From a virus (lineage: Duplodnaviria > Caudoviricetes), in IMG/VR virus record IMGVR_UViG_3300031993_000017: a stretch of 64,000 nt of DNA, one strand, 5' to 3'. Below are positions 9,772 to 20,373 of the stretch, in pieces (position 1 is the first letter of the stretch; every line of letters starts with the position of its first letter). A program made the translations under genes and the position numbers. The notes under the pieces were generated by a model. That model ran no database searches. It was not told the DNA's origin and worked only from the letters and a program-made list of their open reading frames with translations.

Positions 9772-9924
9772 TTATAAAACATATATCTTGCTGATGAACT
9801 CTTGCTCGTTGCGATATTCTACAGCTTCCGGATATTCGTTTAGAATCTCTGCAATATCTTCAAGAAGCGACTGCGCTTCAGATATTTTTGATCTTAGCTC
9901 TTGTATACGATATCTATCACCCAT
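9772..9924 (-). CDS. small hypothetical protein (MGDRYRIQELRSK...)
   Basis: GGAGG SD, 50 aa; stop coincides with the IS left-end junction. Confidence 0.5.
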   Translation of the reverse strand: MGDRYRIQELRSKISEAQSLLEDIAEILNEYPEAVEYRNEQEFISKIYVL

Positions 9925-9937
9925 ACTTAGACCTCCA

Positions 9938-10855
9938 TCATAAATGAGACATGTAATTTCTAGTGTCTTTCATGTAACTTTTTACTTTGTCAACATAATC
10001 TAAGAACACTGCTAATTGATAGTCATCATATTCGCCGTACTTCTCTGCGTCTTTGGCCGGCTTGAACTCATTATCATTGTTGAAACATTCTCTTAACATT
10101 GTTCTATAATTGCCGATAGCTCTAGAAAGTGAATCTATTGCCCTTTCATAGTTATCACTATAATTTTTTCTATCAACGCTCCGAATGTCAAACGATAAAA
10201 CCTCATCACGAAGATCTTGAAGTTCTGTATACAGCTTATCTACTTTAGCCATTGCAGCCTGTGGGAACTTCCTTACTGCACGGCCTAACATCTCAGAAGG
10301 ACTAGGAACGGAATATCCGGACTTGTCTCGATTCCTGTCGTTTCTCCAATATGCTCCCGATTCTGACCAGCGTCCTTCGCGGTCTTTGTGCTGACCTGCA
10401 TATTGTCCTTCATTAGACTGCCAATCATAATGATAACGAGGATCTCTGTATCGTTCTTCAGGAATATCAATCAAATTAGACGGATCATCTAAATCTACAT
10501 AAACTACGTCTTTCGTAACAGACCAAAGCGTGTCGTTTCCGAGCTTCTTTGGATCTCTCTCACGACCATTTATTCGTATTGTAAAGTTTTCCATCAGTCC
10601 TGGAGCGTAAACTTGATCGTACAAACCGTTTTTCAATAAGTAGAATGCTTGATAGTGCCCGGATTCCGGAGGTGTCTTCACGAATTTAGCACGATCCCAA
10701 GCGATAGAAGATTGTCGACCTAATTTAGCTATATTATATTTATCAAATTTAGGCGGATTCCAACCCCTTTTCGGCATACTTTTCTTCAGCCATTCTGGAA
10801 TAGACGGTGAAAATGAAGCCTTTACATAAGTAGCACTTTTAACGTATCTTTTCAT
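9938..10855 (-). CDS. KRY-tag protein; paralog of the C-terminal part of 57002..58234
   Basis: MKRYVKSA-TYVKAS; shares Y.DPR, YAGQ, RDKSGY.[VI]P.P with 57002..58234. Confidence 0.8.
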   Translation of the reverse strand: MKRYVKSATYVKASFSPSIPEWLKKSMPKRGWNPPKFDKYNIAKLGRQSSIAWDRAKFVKTPPESGHYQAFYLLKNGLYDQVYAPGLMENFTIRINGRERDPKKLGNDTLWSVTKDVVYVDLDDPSNLIDIPEERYRDPRYHYDWQSNEGQYAGQHKDREGRWSESGAYWRNDRNRDKSGYSVPSPSEMLGRAVRKFPQAAMAKVDKLYTELQDLRDEVLSFDIRSVDRKNYSDNYERAIDSLSRAIGNYRTMLRECFNNDNEFKPAKDAEKYGEYDDYQLAVFLDYVDKVKSYMKDTRNYMSHL

Positions 10856-10887
10856 TTGATTCTTCTCCTTATAATGTATTTAATATG

Positions 10888-11283
10888 TCAATAACCATAT
10901 TCGTCTCTTGTATCATCGATGATAGGCTCTAATTCAAATTCATCATGATCTTCTAATGCAGATACAATATCGTCAATCCTATTATACAGAGCCTTCTCAT
11001 ATTCAGAATATTCATTGGACCAATCGACAATAATAAATTGCATCATATTAATTGTCTTTGCAATTTCTATTGCATGATTCAAGTCTTCTGCAAATTTATC
11101 TGCAACATCTGGTGAAACACTTCCAATAGATGCCCAGTTGATTGTTGCTTTAATCACCTTGCCGTTAGAAAAGGCCCCGCCTTGAATAGAAATATCAATC
11201 CCATAATCATCAAAATTCTTTCGGCATAATCTACTTAGTGCGTTAGATATGATCGAATACTCATTGTAAGAAATTTCAAACAT
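10888..11283 (-). CDS. hypothetical protein
   Basis: ORF with GGAGGTG SD. Confidence 0.65.
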   Translation of the reverse strand: MFEISYNEYSIISNALSRLCRKNFDDYGIDISIQGGAFSNGKVIKATINWASIGSVSPDVADKFAEDLNHAIEIAKTINMMQFIIVDWSNEYSEYEKALYNRIDDIVSALEDHDEFELEPIIDDTRDEYGY

Positions 11284-11336
11284 AATTTTTCACCTCCGTT
11301 ATTTTGGAAAATAATTCCTACTATCATTTAAGGTTT

Positions 11337-11594
11337 TTAATCACGGACATAAATCTTATAAAGTTCTTCTCCTGATTCTTCTGTGATTTCACCGCTTTCA
11401 ATGGCATAAGAAATAGTACATGCTACTGCATCTTCGTAGAATGTCCGGTTGTAAGGATTCTCGTCACCGATTCTAGGGATCTCATTCTCCATCATGTTTG
11501 TTCTAAGAACTTCCAGTTCTTGCTGAACTCTAGGAAGGCTATAGAAACGATTCTCGGCATCAATTTCTGCAACAGTCAGCATAATTCCATCCAT
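11337..11594 (-). CDS. hypothetical protein
   Basis: ORF with GGAG SD. Confidence 0.6.
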   Translation of the reverse strand: MDGIMLTVAEIDAENRFYSLPRVQQELEVLRTNMMENEIPRIGDENPYNRTFYEDAVACTISYAIESGEITEESGEELYKIYVRD

Positions 11595-11599
11595 GGCAT

Positions 11600-12049
11600 T
11601 TACTCCTTTACGATAAGATCATACAACTTCGCCTTCAGTTCAAGAATGGTCTGATTGAGTCTTTCGATCTCATGTTCTGCTTCAAATCTCATATTCATCT
11701 CTTTCTTCAGAACATCGCAAGCCTGATCTCTTTCAGCCTTTATCCGGTTGAAATCTACTTCAGCGTTTGCTTCGATAATTTCAGCATTCTTTGTAAGTCT
11801 CTCAACCGTATCTTTAAGAGTGCTATTCTTTTGGATAAGACTTGTATTCTTAACAATGAGTTCAGCATTTCTCTTTACTTCGGAATCATAACGATCCTTC
11901 ATGCTACAAGCGAAATCATTCTCGATATTTCGCTCTGCATCTTCGAAACAACCTTCAAATGCTGTCGCTACATAACTACCTCTACCAAGTTCTTCGATAA
12001 TTTTCTTGATCTGTTCTAGTGCTTCTCTTTCTTGTTCTTTTGTTGTCAT
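11600..12049 (-). CDS. coiled-coil hypothetical protein
   Basis: TKEQER.AL..I, heptad-rich, ends LKAKLYD. Confidence 0.7.
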   Translation of the reverse strand: MTTKEQEREALEQIKKIIEELGRGSYVATAFEGCFEDAERNIENDFACSMKDRYDSEVKRNAELIVKNTSLIQKNSTLKDTVERLTKNAEIIEANAEVDFNRIKAERDQACDVLKKEMNMRFEAEHEIERLNQTILELKAKLYDLIVKE

Positions 12050-12266
12050 AAGATTACCTCCCTTGACTGACTTTCTGATATCTTTAACGATTCACAAGTT
12101 TCTATTTGTCAACACTTTACAGATTTGTTGAAATAAATTTCAAAAAGAATAGCCGCTACACCGAAAGCGTATCAGTGTAGCGACCATCATAAGTTTGGAA
12201 CTTATCATACTACTCAAAAAGGAGATTTGAGTCCAGTTCTTTATATAATCTTCATATAACTAGGAT

Positions 12267-12632
12267 TCAATACTGTTCAAAGCCAATTGCTTTAAGATGA
12301 CGTTTCAGATCGTAAAATGTGTCAAACTTATCTGAAATCAGCTTACAAACACGATGTAATTCAAGAAGTGCTTGAGCAGGAGTTCTATGACAGTCACCGC
12401 TAACACAGTCACCAAAAGAGTAATCCATATCATATTCATCAATTACATCTATTTCAATTCCGTTAACAGTTGACAAAATATCAAGAACTGTCCCGTCATC
12501 AAGAACAAGTTCTGCGATATACGGATCACTACCGTCATCAAATTCTTCGGCACCTCCCCATGCATACCAATCGTTCTTAGTGAATCTACGAGCGTTGTAA
12601 TTGTAACTACTAGCAAAAACACATTTTCTCAT
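12267..12632 (-). CDS. hypothetical protein with degenerate basic tag (MRKCVFASS)
   Basis: ORF directly after the endolysin. Confidence 0.65.
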   Translation of the reverse strand: MRKCVFASSYNYNARRFTKNDWYAWGGAEEFDDGSDPYIAELVLDDGTVLDILSTVNGIEIDVIDEYDMDYSFGDCVSGDCHRTPAQALLELHRVCKLISDKFDTFYDLKRHLKAIGFEQY

Positions 12633-12652
12633 AATATTTCATATCTCCTATC

Positions 12653-13477
12653 TTATACAATCTTCACATAACTCCGATTTACCCAACCGAAGTATTTACC
12701 TTCAATTCGGATGTAGAACCATTTCTGTGTATCGTCACGACCAACTACATCAATCTGATTACCATTTCCAAGATGTGCGTACTCCTTCAGCAGATCATAA
12801 TTCGCACCGGGCCCGATTCTCACATTCAGTGTGTCATTCTTCGGAACATTTACTACTACTCCGTAAAGCATATTAGATGATGGGTTCACGACTGTTTGTC
12901 CTCCTAAATATTCATAAATTACTTTTGCGTCGGTCTGTGCTAACTTTCTAAGGAAAGAATCTTGTTTCAGAAGTGCAACATCTGCAGGACATGTATGAAA
13001 TCCATGCTCTACAACCAGTCCAGGTGTTCCTACACTAGCCGCACCTCTCAACACTCCAAGATAATCCTGGTGATTAGCGTTTTGTTGAGAGTAACACTCC
13101 CACTTATTTGCGTTAAACAATGGCATCAGAGCCTTACCAATCCGATTTCCAATTTCTGTGCTTGCACCAGAAACCTGAACATAGCATACAGGCCAATTAG
13201 CAACATCCGATCCCTGTGAGTTTCCAGTCGCATTTGTATGGATTGAGACAAACAGATCATATCCTTTTGAATCCGTACCACGAGTAATAAGTGATGGATT
13301 TTCATCAATACTGTTTCTAGATAAATCTGCTTGTACTCCAAGTTTCCGTAATTCCTCTGCAACATAGTTTCCTAAGACCCACACAGTTGCAGATTCATAA
13401 TAAGTATGGTCAACAGGACTTTGGTTTACATACTTTCCGTGATGACCGGGGTCTACTCTTACCTTCATGTTATTCAC
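12653..13477 (-). CDS. endolysin: N-acetylmuramoyl-L-alanine amidase (Amidase_3) + SH3b
   Basis: DPGH, E, FVSIHTNA, VEHGF; C-terminal LNVR.GPG...W......GWV. Confidence 0.9.
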   Translation of the reverse strand: MNNMKVRVDPGHHGKYVNQSPVDHTYYESATVWVLGNYVAEELRKLGVQADLSRNSIDENPSLITRGTDSKGYDLFVSIHTNATGNSQGSDVANWPVCYVQVSGASTEIGNRIGKALMPLFNANKWECYSQQNANHQDYLGVLRGAASVGTPGLVVEHGFHTCPADVALLKQDSFLRKLAQTDAKVIYEYLGGQTVVNPSSNMLYGVVVNVPKNDTLNVRIGPGANYDLLKEYAHLGNGNQIDVVGRDDTQKWFYIRIEGKYFGWVNRSYVKIV

Positions 13478-13529
13478 ATCCTTTCCAAATTGTAATTAAC
13501 AATTTTCAAAGATTTCGTTTCTTTAAGTT

Positions 13530-13817
13530 TCACTCTTCTTGACTCTGTTCTTCAACAGCATCAACTTTTTCATCTTTATCATTCAGAGCTTCGATACTAG
13601 AAGCAACATCTGTCACAACTGTTTTGTGTTTCTTACTGTACTGTACCTTTGCAATCGTAACAATCGCACCGATTAAAACATCAATAGCAGCTAATGTAGC
13701 TATGATCTGATCTCCATACGGAATGTTCCAAATATTCACGATTGCAGTCAGAAATGTGATTACCGGAACAGCGATAAGTCCGATCCATTTCAAAACATCA
13801 TATGTGGAGTTTGACAT
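13530..13817 (-). CDS. holin (Dp-1-like)
   Basis: YDVLKW, two TM segments, adjacent to the endolysin. Confidence 0.8.
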   Translation of the reverse strand: MSNSTYDVLKWIGLIAVPVITFLTAIVNIWNIPYGDQIIATLAAIDVLIGAIVTIAKVQYSKKHKTVVTDVASSIEALNDKDEKVDAVEEQSQEE

Positions 13818-13851
13818 ACTAACACCTACCTTTCTTGGATTTGGTTCTATA

Positions 13852-14043
13852 TTAATAAAAGGTTAGATTTTCAATGTCCTGCTCCTCTCTTTGCTCCATG
13901 TTCTTTACAACAGCATAGCAAGAAGCAAATATGATCTGAGTACCTAACAATGTAAGTACAATGTTATTACACGGTATGAATATATTTGTAATTGCTATGA
14001 TCAAAATACATATCGGTAAAAACCAAGTTATGAGTTCTTCCAT
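13852..14043 (-). CDS. small membrane protein
   Basis: two hydrophobic segments. Confidence 0.45.
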   Translation of the reverse strand: MEELITWFLPICILIIAITNIFIPCNNIVLTLLGTQIIFASCYAVVKNMEQREEQDIENLTFY

Positions 14044-14045
14044 GA

Positions 14046-15146
14046 TTATTCACCACTGTTTTCATCTTCAGGGTTCTTCATGATATCATTAACTTTAGGA
14101 ACTGGATTAGTATAAGTGATTTGCATCTGACGGCTTTCATCCAGTGTATCTACACCAGGCTTCATTACAGGTTCTACGATAGTCTTATCGGTAGTTTTAT
14201 CATACCGAAGGTTCCATGCATAAGGCCCATCCATTTCATCAATGATATCAATATCCATTTGTGTATTTGTAACAGGACCATAACCAAGTCCGAAAATCTG
14301 TGGTAACAATGCTTTCACTACATGTTCATTATTACATAATTGTAATGAGTACAATGCTCTATATCCAGCATTGATACTCGGTTCCTCTTCTTCAACAGAA
14401 TTTCGATACCAAGCCAGGCGACGCCTATCTGTTGTATTTATATCATGTACAACTTTTGGTCCACCTGTATATGGATTAGTTGTGATACCATCTTCAACAT
14501 ACATTGTCTGCATCTTAGCATAATCATTTCTGCTATAATGACCGACATGTGTTGATCCGATAGAAATACCTATATCTTCTGTATTTGTCAATCTTGCATC
14601 AATAGAAATCTTATTTCTTGCATCACACCGTACCCCTGCAAACTGGAATAAATACATTCCGAGAGGTCTTACATATTCAATACAAGAATCAATCGGGATC
14701 TCTGTAGAAAAATATACAACATCTATGTATCCTTCTTCTACATGTGGTGTTACATAAGCACTATTCACAGGAATAGAGGTATCTTCCAAGCGGTTATAAA
14801 GGATATCATTTTCTTTTCCATAATCCAAAATATTGAATTGTGCTAGATTTGTTTCCGCTGCCAATGTAACTCCGTCTTTACTACCACGGTTTCTTATCAT
14901 TGACATAAAATACAAAAGGATCAATCTGTTGTATGCGGTCGGTAACCTGTCATCATATTTGAATCCCATTGTATCGGCAAGCATCCATAGCAATTCTTCT
15001 GGGCACCTAAGAGGATCATAAATATCTGGAAGATTTTCAGTATCATACTGAATCTTTGATAGTGAGTTTTCGAACCATTTCAGAAAGAACCGAAAATCAT
15101 CACTACTTTTATATATTTCAGGTACAGAAACTTTTGAAATGTCCAC
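14046..15146 (-). CDS. baseplate protein, P2 gpI-like
   Basis: DP..CP..LL..LA..MGF...R.RGS..G motif; follows the wedge gene. Confidence 0.7.
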   Translation of the reverse strand: MDISKVSVPEIYKSSDDFRFFLKWFENSLSKIQYDTENLPDIYDPLRCPEELLWMLADTMGFKYDDRLPTAYNRLILLYFMSMIRNRGSKDGVTLAAETNLAQFNILDYGKENDILYNRLEDTSIPVNSAYVTPHVEEGYIDVVYFSTEIPIDSCIEYVRPLGMYLFQFAGVRCDARNKISIDARLTNTEDIGISIGSTHVGHYSRNDYAKMQTMYVEDGITTNPYTGGPKVVHDINTTDRRRLAWYRNSVEEEEPSINAGYRALYSLQLCNNEHVVKALLPQIFGLGYGPVTNTQMDIDIIDEMDGPYAWNLRYDKTTDKTIVEPVMKPGVDTLDESRQMQITYTNPVPKVNDIMKNPEDENSGE

Positions 15147-15158
15147 TAACTCACCACC

Positions 15159-17207
15159 TTACTTCACGATATAATCAGGGCTAACACGAATGTTCTGTGC
15201 CGTAGAACCAGGATCACTGAATCTTGCGAAACTGATGTAATTGAACCATTCCGGATCACAATCAAAATACTTTATTACATCTGTATTCAGGCTACCCGCA
15301 TCAAAGTAATCAATTCTGCTATCTGCTTTTCTAACTACATTTATGATTTCCATTACAGTAGGCTTTTGACCTATCTCACGATTTGCAGGTGAAAAGTATA
15401 ATGCAAGAGCTTCCTTTACAGTTGCTATAATGTTATTTGCAACATCCTGGCTTACAGGTTTCTTCGGATAAATCTGACCGACAACATAGAATGGGAATAC
15501 TCTGACATATCCGAATTGTAATTCAACCGACATGGCTTGTAATGGTCTGTAATCTCTTACAACATTATCAATGAACTGTGTCGGCGGTTTGTATCTTGTA
15601 AATACCTTATAATTACGAACAGTTGCATTAGATGTTTTACCTTGTCCCCAAGAACTATTCTTGAAATCATTATGAATCGCAAAGCACATCGCAGTATATG
15701 TTTTGAAATTGGAAACCATACTCTTTGCTTTATCTGCAGAAAATCCACCAGGAATTCTGATACGTTCACCAACTTTAATATCTGATTCAGAATCCATATC
15801 ATTATATTGAAGTAATGTATCTACGGAAATATCATATGCGGTTGCGATACTTTCAGCAGTTTCACCATAGGCAACTAAATGCAACAAGGCTTTACTACTA
15901 AGACTTGCATTGAGTAAACTTGTCCAATCCGGTGATGTATCACCTACAGGGAAATCACTATTGGTGATATACATCTTCGCCTTTTGAGAATCTGTAAGGT
16001 TTTCATCTTCATAAATCGACATATTGATTTCAAGTGCTTTTTGGCAATCTATGACAACACCGCAATCAACACCAGGTTCACGATTAAGAAACCGATTGAA
16101 GTCTGGAAGTGTGATAAGACTATCCCATGTGTTTATGTAATTTCTGCTATTGTAATATGCTTCCTTTGCAGTCTCAGGACTTCTACCTGTCACCGTGTAT
16201 GTATGAGGAAGTTCAACTGTATTTGAAAGATTTGAAATCATAAGATTTCCAGATTCTTCGTTTACAACATCTCCTGTTTGTTTTGCCTGAAGATAATTGC
16301 TAAGTACATTTTCACCGACACAACCGATAACACCTGAACAATCGATCCAATATACTGTAAGATAATTGTTGCTGTAATTTTCAAGCTGATCAAGATAGTT
16401 ACTTACTTGAATCTGTGCATTAGAATAGGAATCATAAGTAACAGCGAATCTCGGTTCCGGTACAACAAATTCCGCTGCGTTAGAACACTGTTTCCATTGA
16501 GTTGCCAAGAAATCACTTGCACTGGATGATGCTTTTGCTTTCATCCAAATAGCAGTGGTATCAATATGCTGTGAAGGAATGCTGATTATGTAGTTATTTT
16601 TCTTTACTTGTTCAACAGAAACACTGTAACTTCTAAGTTCACCTTCAATACCTACACGAGTTACACTTTCACCAGGTTTCAAAGTAATCGGATCAGAAGT
16701 ATCAAAGATATTTACATCCTCTGTAGTAGTAACTCTACGACTTCTTGAATCCTTACTACCATAACTATTTGTTCTAGGTAAAATATTATAGGTGATAACT
16801 CTAGAATGATTTGTAATATCCGTATAAGCATTCACAGTTGAAAAGTTTGATCCGCTAAAACCGAAATCCAAATTGATCGCAGTTTCTGCAACATTTGTAA
16901 AAGTGATTTCAGTTCTTGCTGCCTTAAACCATCCGAGTTCATAACCGATCAAACCAAATAATTTTTCAGCATTCTTTCTCTGAGATACTGAAGGTGCGAA
17001 TAATTCATTCGCAAGTAAATCTACATTTACACCGAGCATATCTGCAACGGATGCTAAAAACTTACCCATAACAACACCGGGATCTGAATCAGATTCAGGT
17101 TTCCACAAGTCTGTCATAGTCGGAACGACTGACCAGAAATCTGCAAGAATTGATTGATAATCTCGTGATGTATATTTAACTACGCCTCTGCTTACATCCT
17201 CATTCAT
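15159..17207 (-). CDS. baseplate wedge protein (T4 gp6 / P2 gpJ-like) with internal LysM
   Basis: YTSRDY.SI, ESDSDPG; LysM HLVAYGETAESIA...IKVGERIRIP. Confidence 0.8.
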   Translation of the reverse strand: MNEDVSRGVVKYTSRDYQSILADFWSVVPTMTDLWKPESDSDPGVVMGKFLASVADMLGVNVDLLANELFAPSVSQRKNAEKLFGLIGYELGWFKAARTEITFTNVAETAINLDFGFSGSNFSTVNAYTDITNHSRVITYNILPRTNSYGSKDSRSRRVTTTEDVNIFDTSDPITLKPGESVTRVGIEGELRSYSVSVEQVKKNNYIISIPSQHIDTTAIWMKAKASSSASDFLATQWKQCSNAAEFVVPEPRFAVTYDSYSNAQIQVSNYLDQLENYSNNYLTVYWIDCSGVIGCVGENVLSNYLQAKQTGDVVNEESGNLMISNLSNTVELPHTYTVTGRSPETAKEAYYNSRNYINTWDSLITLPDFNRFLNREPGVDCGVVIDCQKALEINMSIYEDENLTDSQKAKMYITNSDFPVGDTSPDWTSLLNASLSSKALLHLVAYGETAESIATAYDISVDTLLQYNDMDSESDIKVGERIRIPGGFSADKAKSMVSNFKTYTAMCFAIHNDFKNSSWGQGKTSNATVRNYKVFTRYKPPTQFIDNVVRDYRPLQAMSVELQFGYVRVFPFYVVGQIYPKKPVSQDVANNIIATVKEALALYFSPANREIGQKPTVMEIINVVRKADSRIDYFDAGSLNTDVIKYFDCDPEWFNYISFARFSDPGSTAQNIRVSPDYIVK

Positions 17208-17673
17208 ACGTCTTCACCCCATTTTCATCAAGTGTATATGTTCTGTCTGTTCTAGAAATCAATCCATACCATTCATCATTTAATTTTACAATCAAGTTAT
17301 CACCATAAATGGTATGTAAACCTACAGTCATTTTCAATTGGTTGTCGTTAAATTCTTGATCATTTTGAAGATTTCCGGTAAACATCAACCCATCTGTAAA
17401 TTGTGTTTGTTCTGCATATACGCTAGGTTCAAACATATCTAATTGATCAATGATACGACTTTTTACTTGTGCTTTTGTGTTTTCATTATTATATTGCCAT
17501 AAGTATCTTTTTAATCCTACACCAAATTTCGGCTCATTATACAGCTCTGTCGGATCTGTAAGCATCAGCAATCTAACACGATTTACTACAGAAGCATCAT
17601 CATCTAGAACAGCTACATTGTTTCTTACGGGGTCCAATATGTTAGGAAATGCCCATGAAGATGTATTGCTCAT
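17200..17673 (-). CDS. baseplate gp25/GpW-like protein
   Basis: LLMLT.P.E....P.FG.GL..YL....I...L..FEP. Confidence 0.8.
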   Translation of the reverse strand: MSNTSSWAFPNILDPVRNNVAVLDDDASVVNRVRLLMLTDPTELYNEPKFGVGLKRYLWQYNNENTKAQVKSRIIDQLDMFEPSVYAEQTQFTDGLMFTGNLQNDQEFNDNQLKMTVGLHTIYGDNLIVKLNDEWYGLISRTDRTYTLDENGVKTYE

Positions 17674-17699
17674 TTTTACTACCTACCTTTCTGAAAGTT

Positions 17700-17990
17700 T
17701 CAGATTTGAGTTCCATTTTTGTATGAACCACCTGTCATACCTATCACTATGAATTCATAACTGTGTTCATTTAAGGATTGTAATACAACGACTTCTCCAT
17801 CTGTCGGAGTATGTGGTAAAAGTATGGAATTATAAAATGGTAAGTCACCATCTTGTGTATAGTTCCTTACTTTTTGTCCTCTGTATTCAGATTGTTTGTA
17901 TGGACCATGTATTGACGGAATCCTAACTTGAATCATCAATGCACCATCTTTATTATACTTATAACTTTTTGCATATCCATATACAATCAT
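17700..17990 (-). CDS. short baseplate spike OB-fold (gp5/GpV-like)
   Basis: IQVRIP.IHG...P..GEVV.......IVIG. Confidence 0.55.
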   Translation of the reverse strand: MIVYGYAKSYKYNKDGALMIQVRIPSIHGPYKQSEYRGQKVRNYTQDGDLPFYNSILLPHTPTDGEVVVLQSLNEHSYEFIVIGMTGGSYKNGTQI

Positions 17991-19351
17991 TTTTTGTCCT
18001 CAACTAACATCTTTTCATATTCATTGTAGCCCTTTAATGAACATGATTCCAAGATTGCTTTCGTGTAACCGGGATAGAATTCATCAAGCATTATCTCAAC
18101 ACTTTTCTTGATATACTTCTTCTCATTTTTAACGACTTCATTTTCCATTTTTGAAATGAAATCTTTATGATTCAAAGTAACATCAATCCACCAATAATCC
18201 ATTTGACCTGTGATATTATCTTGCCAAGTTTTACCACATGAACGGATTACTTTTTCAATATCTCCTTTGTCCCATCCCATTATACCATATCTTTGTTTTT
18301 CTTTATCAACAAAATCAGAATGAAATTCAGAAATTTTCCAAATTACTGCAAGAATCCCTATCATCTGAGATGCATTGAACCCTTTATCAAGAAGATATCT
18401 ACAAACTACTTTCTCTCTAGAATCTGTGAGTAGATCTGTATCAAGTCTACTTCCGTCAAAATAGTATTGAGCACTGCTATCATTTCTTACCAATTCTGAT
18501 AATGTATTTGTATAATTTATAACGGAAAGTTTGATGCCTGTATTGGAAGTTGTTTTATTTCCATTCCTATCAATATAACAAACTTCCCTTATGATTGCAT
18601 CTTCCTGTGTGTTTGTAGTAGTATATAAACTCTTTGAGATTAAAGTTGCAGGTTCAATAGGTTCAATATCTTGAACAGTATCTTTCACAACTGATTTTTG
18701 TGTATTGACTGCAGGTGTGATAACTGTAGGTGTTTGTGTTGTATCTGTTGGTTGTGTTGATGGTTGAACCTGTGAAGAATATATTATATTGCTTGCATTT
18801 TGGCTATTCATCAACACAGAATTTATTCCGCTATAACTACCGCCGATTACAGACCAATTAGGTCTACAATAAGCATAAATGGTAGGATCTCCTAAATCTC
18901 GTTCACGAGTATCACACATATTTGGCTGCATGGTGTTTATGTAAGTAACATTACCTTCTATGGTGTACACTTTTCCGTTTGCTACACCTCTTACAATACC
19001 TACATGGTAATTAGAAGGATACTTATATAAGATTATATCACCTGGGCTTGGAACTGCCACATTTCCAAGAATTGTTCCATTTATCCAAGTACCAGGATTT
19101 GCAATAAATGCACCATTGGCACTACTGCTGTACATTGTAATATCAAATGCAGCCCAGGAAAAGAAAATGACATTACCTATAACTGGCAACCCAATTTGTT
19201 GTTCTAGTTTTCTTCCACACGCTACAATGAATGCTGCACAGAATGCATAAGTCGGTGATAATCCTGAAAGTGAATATGCAAATGTTCCATCTTCCCCTCT
19301 GTGGCTCATAGCAATATCTATAAACATTTGAATAGGATTTGCCATAGTCAC
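17987..19351 (-). CDS. virion-associated peptidoglycan hydrolase: CHAP + phage-tail-lysozyme-like domain
   Basis: FCAAF...HVGIV...TIEGN; C-terminal GIL...YGIMGW...GQMDY. Confidence 0.7.
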   Translation of the reverse strand: MTMANPIQMFIDIAMSHRGEDGTFAYSLSGLSPTYAFCAAFIVACGRKLEQQIGLPVIGNVIFFSWAAFDITMYSSSANGAFIANPGTWINGTILGNVAVPSPGDIILYKYPSNYHVGIVRGVANGKVYTIEGNVTYINTMQPNMCDTRERDLGDPTIYAYCRPNWSVIGGSYSGINSVLMNSQNASNIIYSSQVQPSTQPTDTTQTPTVITPAVNTQKSVVKDTVQDIEPIEPATLISKSLYTTTNTQEDAIIREVCYIDRNGNKTTSNTGIKLSVINYTNTLSELVRNDSSAQYYFDGSRLDTDLLTDSREKVVCRYLLDKGFNASQMIGILAVIWKISEFHSDFVDKEKQRYGIMGWDKGDIEKVIRSCGKTWQDNITGQMDYWWIDVTLNHKDFISKMENEVVKNEKKYIKKSVEIMLDEFYPGYTKAILESCSLKGYNEYEKMLVEDKK

Positions 19352-19923
19352 ACCTCAACATTAAAGAACTCCGGGTCAAGTAATCCAGCTAAAACAGATG
19401 TATCATTCACATGATCTATTAACCATAAATACCAATTTAAGCATTGATCTTTCCATGTAATCTGTTTCAGAAAATATTTGTTGCAATATAATCCGATCCT
19501 ATCAGTTATTCCTAGTTTTGATAATTCTGAATAATAGGCATTCAGTAATCTGTCATTTGTAGCAATATCACTTGTCAAACTCGGAACCAACCAAACACCT
19601 AAATCAACATAATTATTCCGAATGATATTATCAACTCCGTCTATTTCTTCTTTCACCTGTGCAGTCGTTGAAGCTCTTGCATAGAAGAAAAGTCCGAGTT
19701 TCAGATCCGCCGCCTTTACCGCCTTTATTTGATCAGTCATTGATTTGTTTCTGATCCAATCAGAATTCAAAGCCAATCTTGTATGTGTCTGAGTATATAG
19801 ATATCCTGCATCGACAAACGCACCTACTACACCTATTTTCTTCAACTCTGATAAATCTACTGCAGGGGAAGAATTATCAAGTGTGATTATATATGGTGTT
19901 AATTTTGATGCATCTATATTCAT
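19348..19923 (-). CDS. GH25-like TIM-barrel protein (probably inactive)
   Basis: GA...AG, LGLFFYARA....EE, GLYC...W.LW; no DxE motif. Confidence 0.55.
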   Translation of the reverse strand: MNIDASKLTPYIITLDNSSPAVDLSELKKIGVVGAFVDAGYLYTQTHTRLALNSDWIRNKSMTDQIKAVKAADLKLGLFFYARASTTAQVKEEIDGVDNIIRNNYVDLGVWLVPSLTSDIATNDRLLNAYYSELSKLGITDRIGLYCNKYFLKQITWKDQCLNWYLWLIDHVNDTSVLAGLLDPEFFNVEV

Positions 19924-20013
19924 TTTCCACCCATTTCAAAATAGGGAAGTTCTCAGTCGTGAGAAACTTCCCTACCGGTTCGCTTGCCACCTGAACCATT
20001 TAATAATTTCAAA

Positions 20014-20373
20014 TTAAGTTAACTCTTGTGTATAACTCATGAACTCATCGTAGTTTACTTGCTTCATTGGCAGGGCTAAGAAATCCTCATGAGTTTGTTT
20101 CATCACACCATTTTTCCCGAGGGCTTCATACTGTGTCCACAGATTTTCAAAATTGTCACTTTCCTCCTTCGTTCTACATTTCCGTTTTTCTGCTCGGAAA
20201 TATATCTCATAAAGTCTATCACGGAGAAGTGCCTGAGTGCCGAGTTCGTTCGCTTTAATACGACCCCAAATTTTGAATAAAAATCCATAGATGGAAACAA
20301 GTATCCCGCCACCAAATAAAATAGATAACACTTGTAGAATTTTCAAGAAATCCATCATAATACCTCTCAACAT
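20014..20373 (-). CDS. holin-like/accessory membrane protein
   Basis: N-terminal TM then G.QALLRDRL...Y.ALG.NG motif common near Firmicute phage lysis genes. Confidence 0.6.
   Translation of the reverse strand: MLRGIMMDFLKILQVLSILFGGGILVSIYGFLFKIWGRIKANELGTQALLRDRLYEIYFRAEKRKCRTKEESDNFENLWTQYEALGKNGVMKQTHEDFLALPMKQVNYDEFMSYTQELT

Larger units (their letters stand above)
7850..9773 (-). mobile_element. IS200/IS605-family element (divergent tnpA/tnpB)
   Basis: right end GAAT-hairpin-TCAA (7850); left-end hairpin CCAATGAAC-TTTA-GTTCATTGG with AAAA guide; TTAT just outside the left end (boundary inferred from IS608 pairing rules). Confidence 0.85.
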
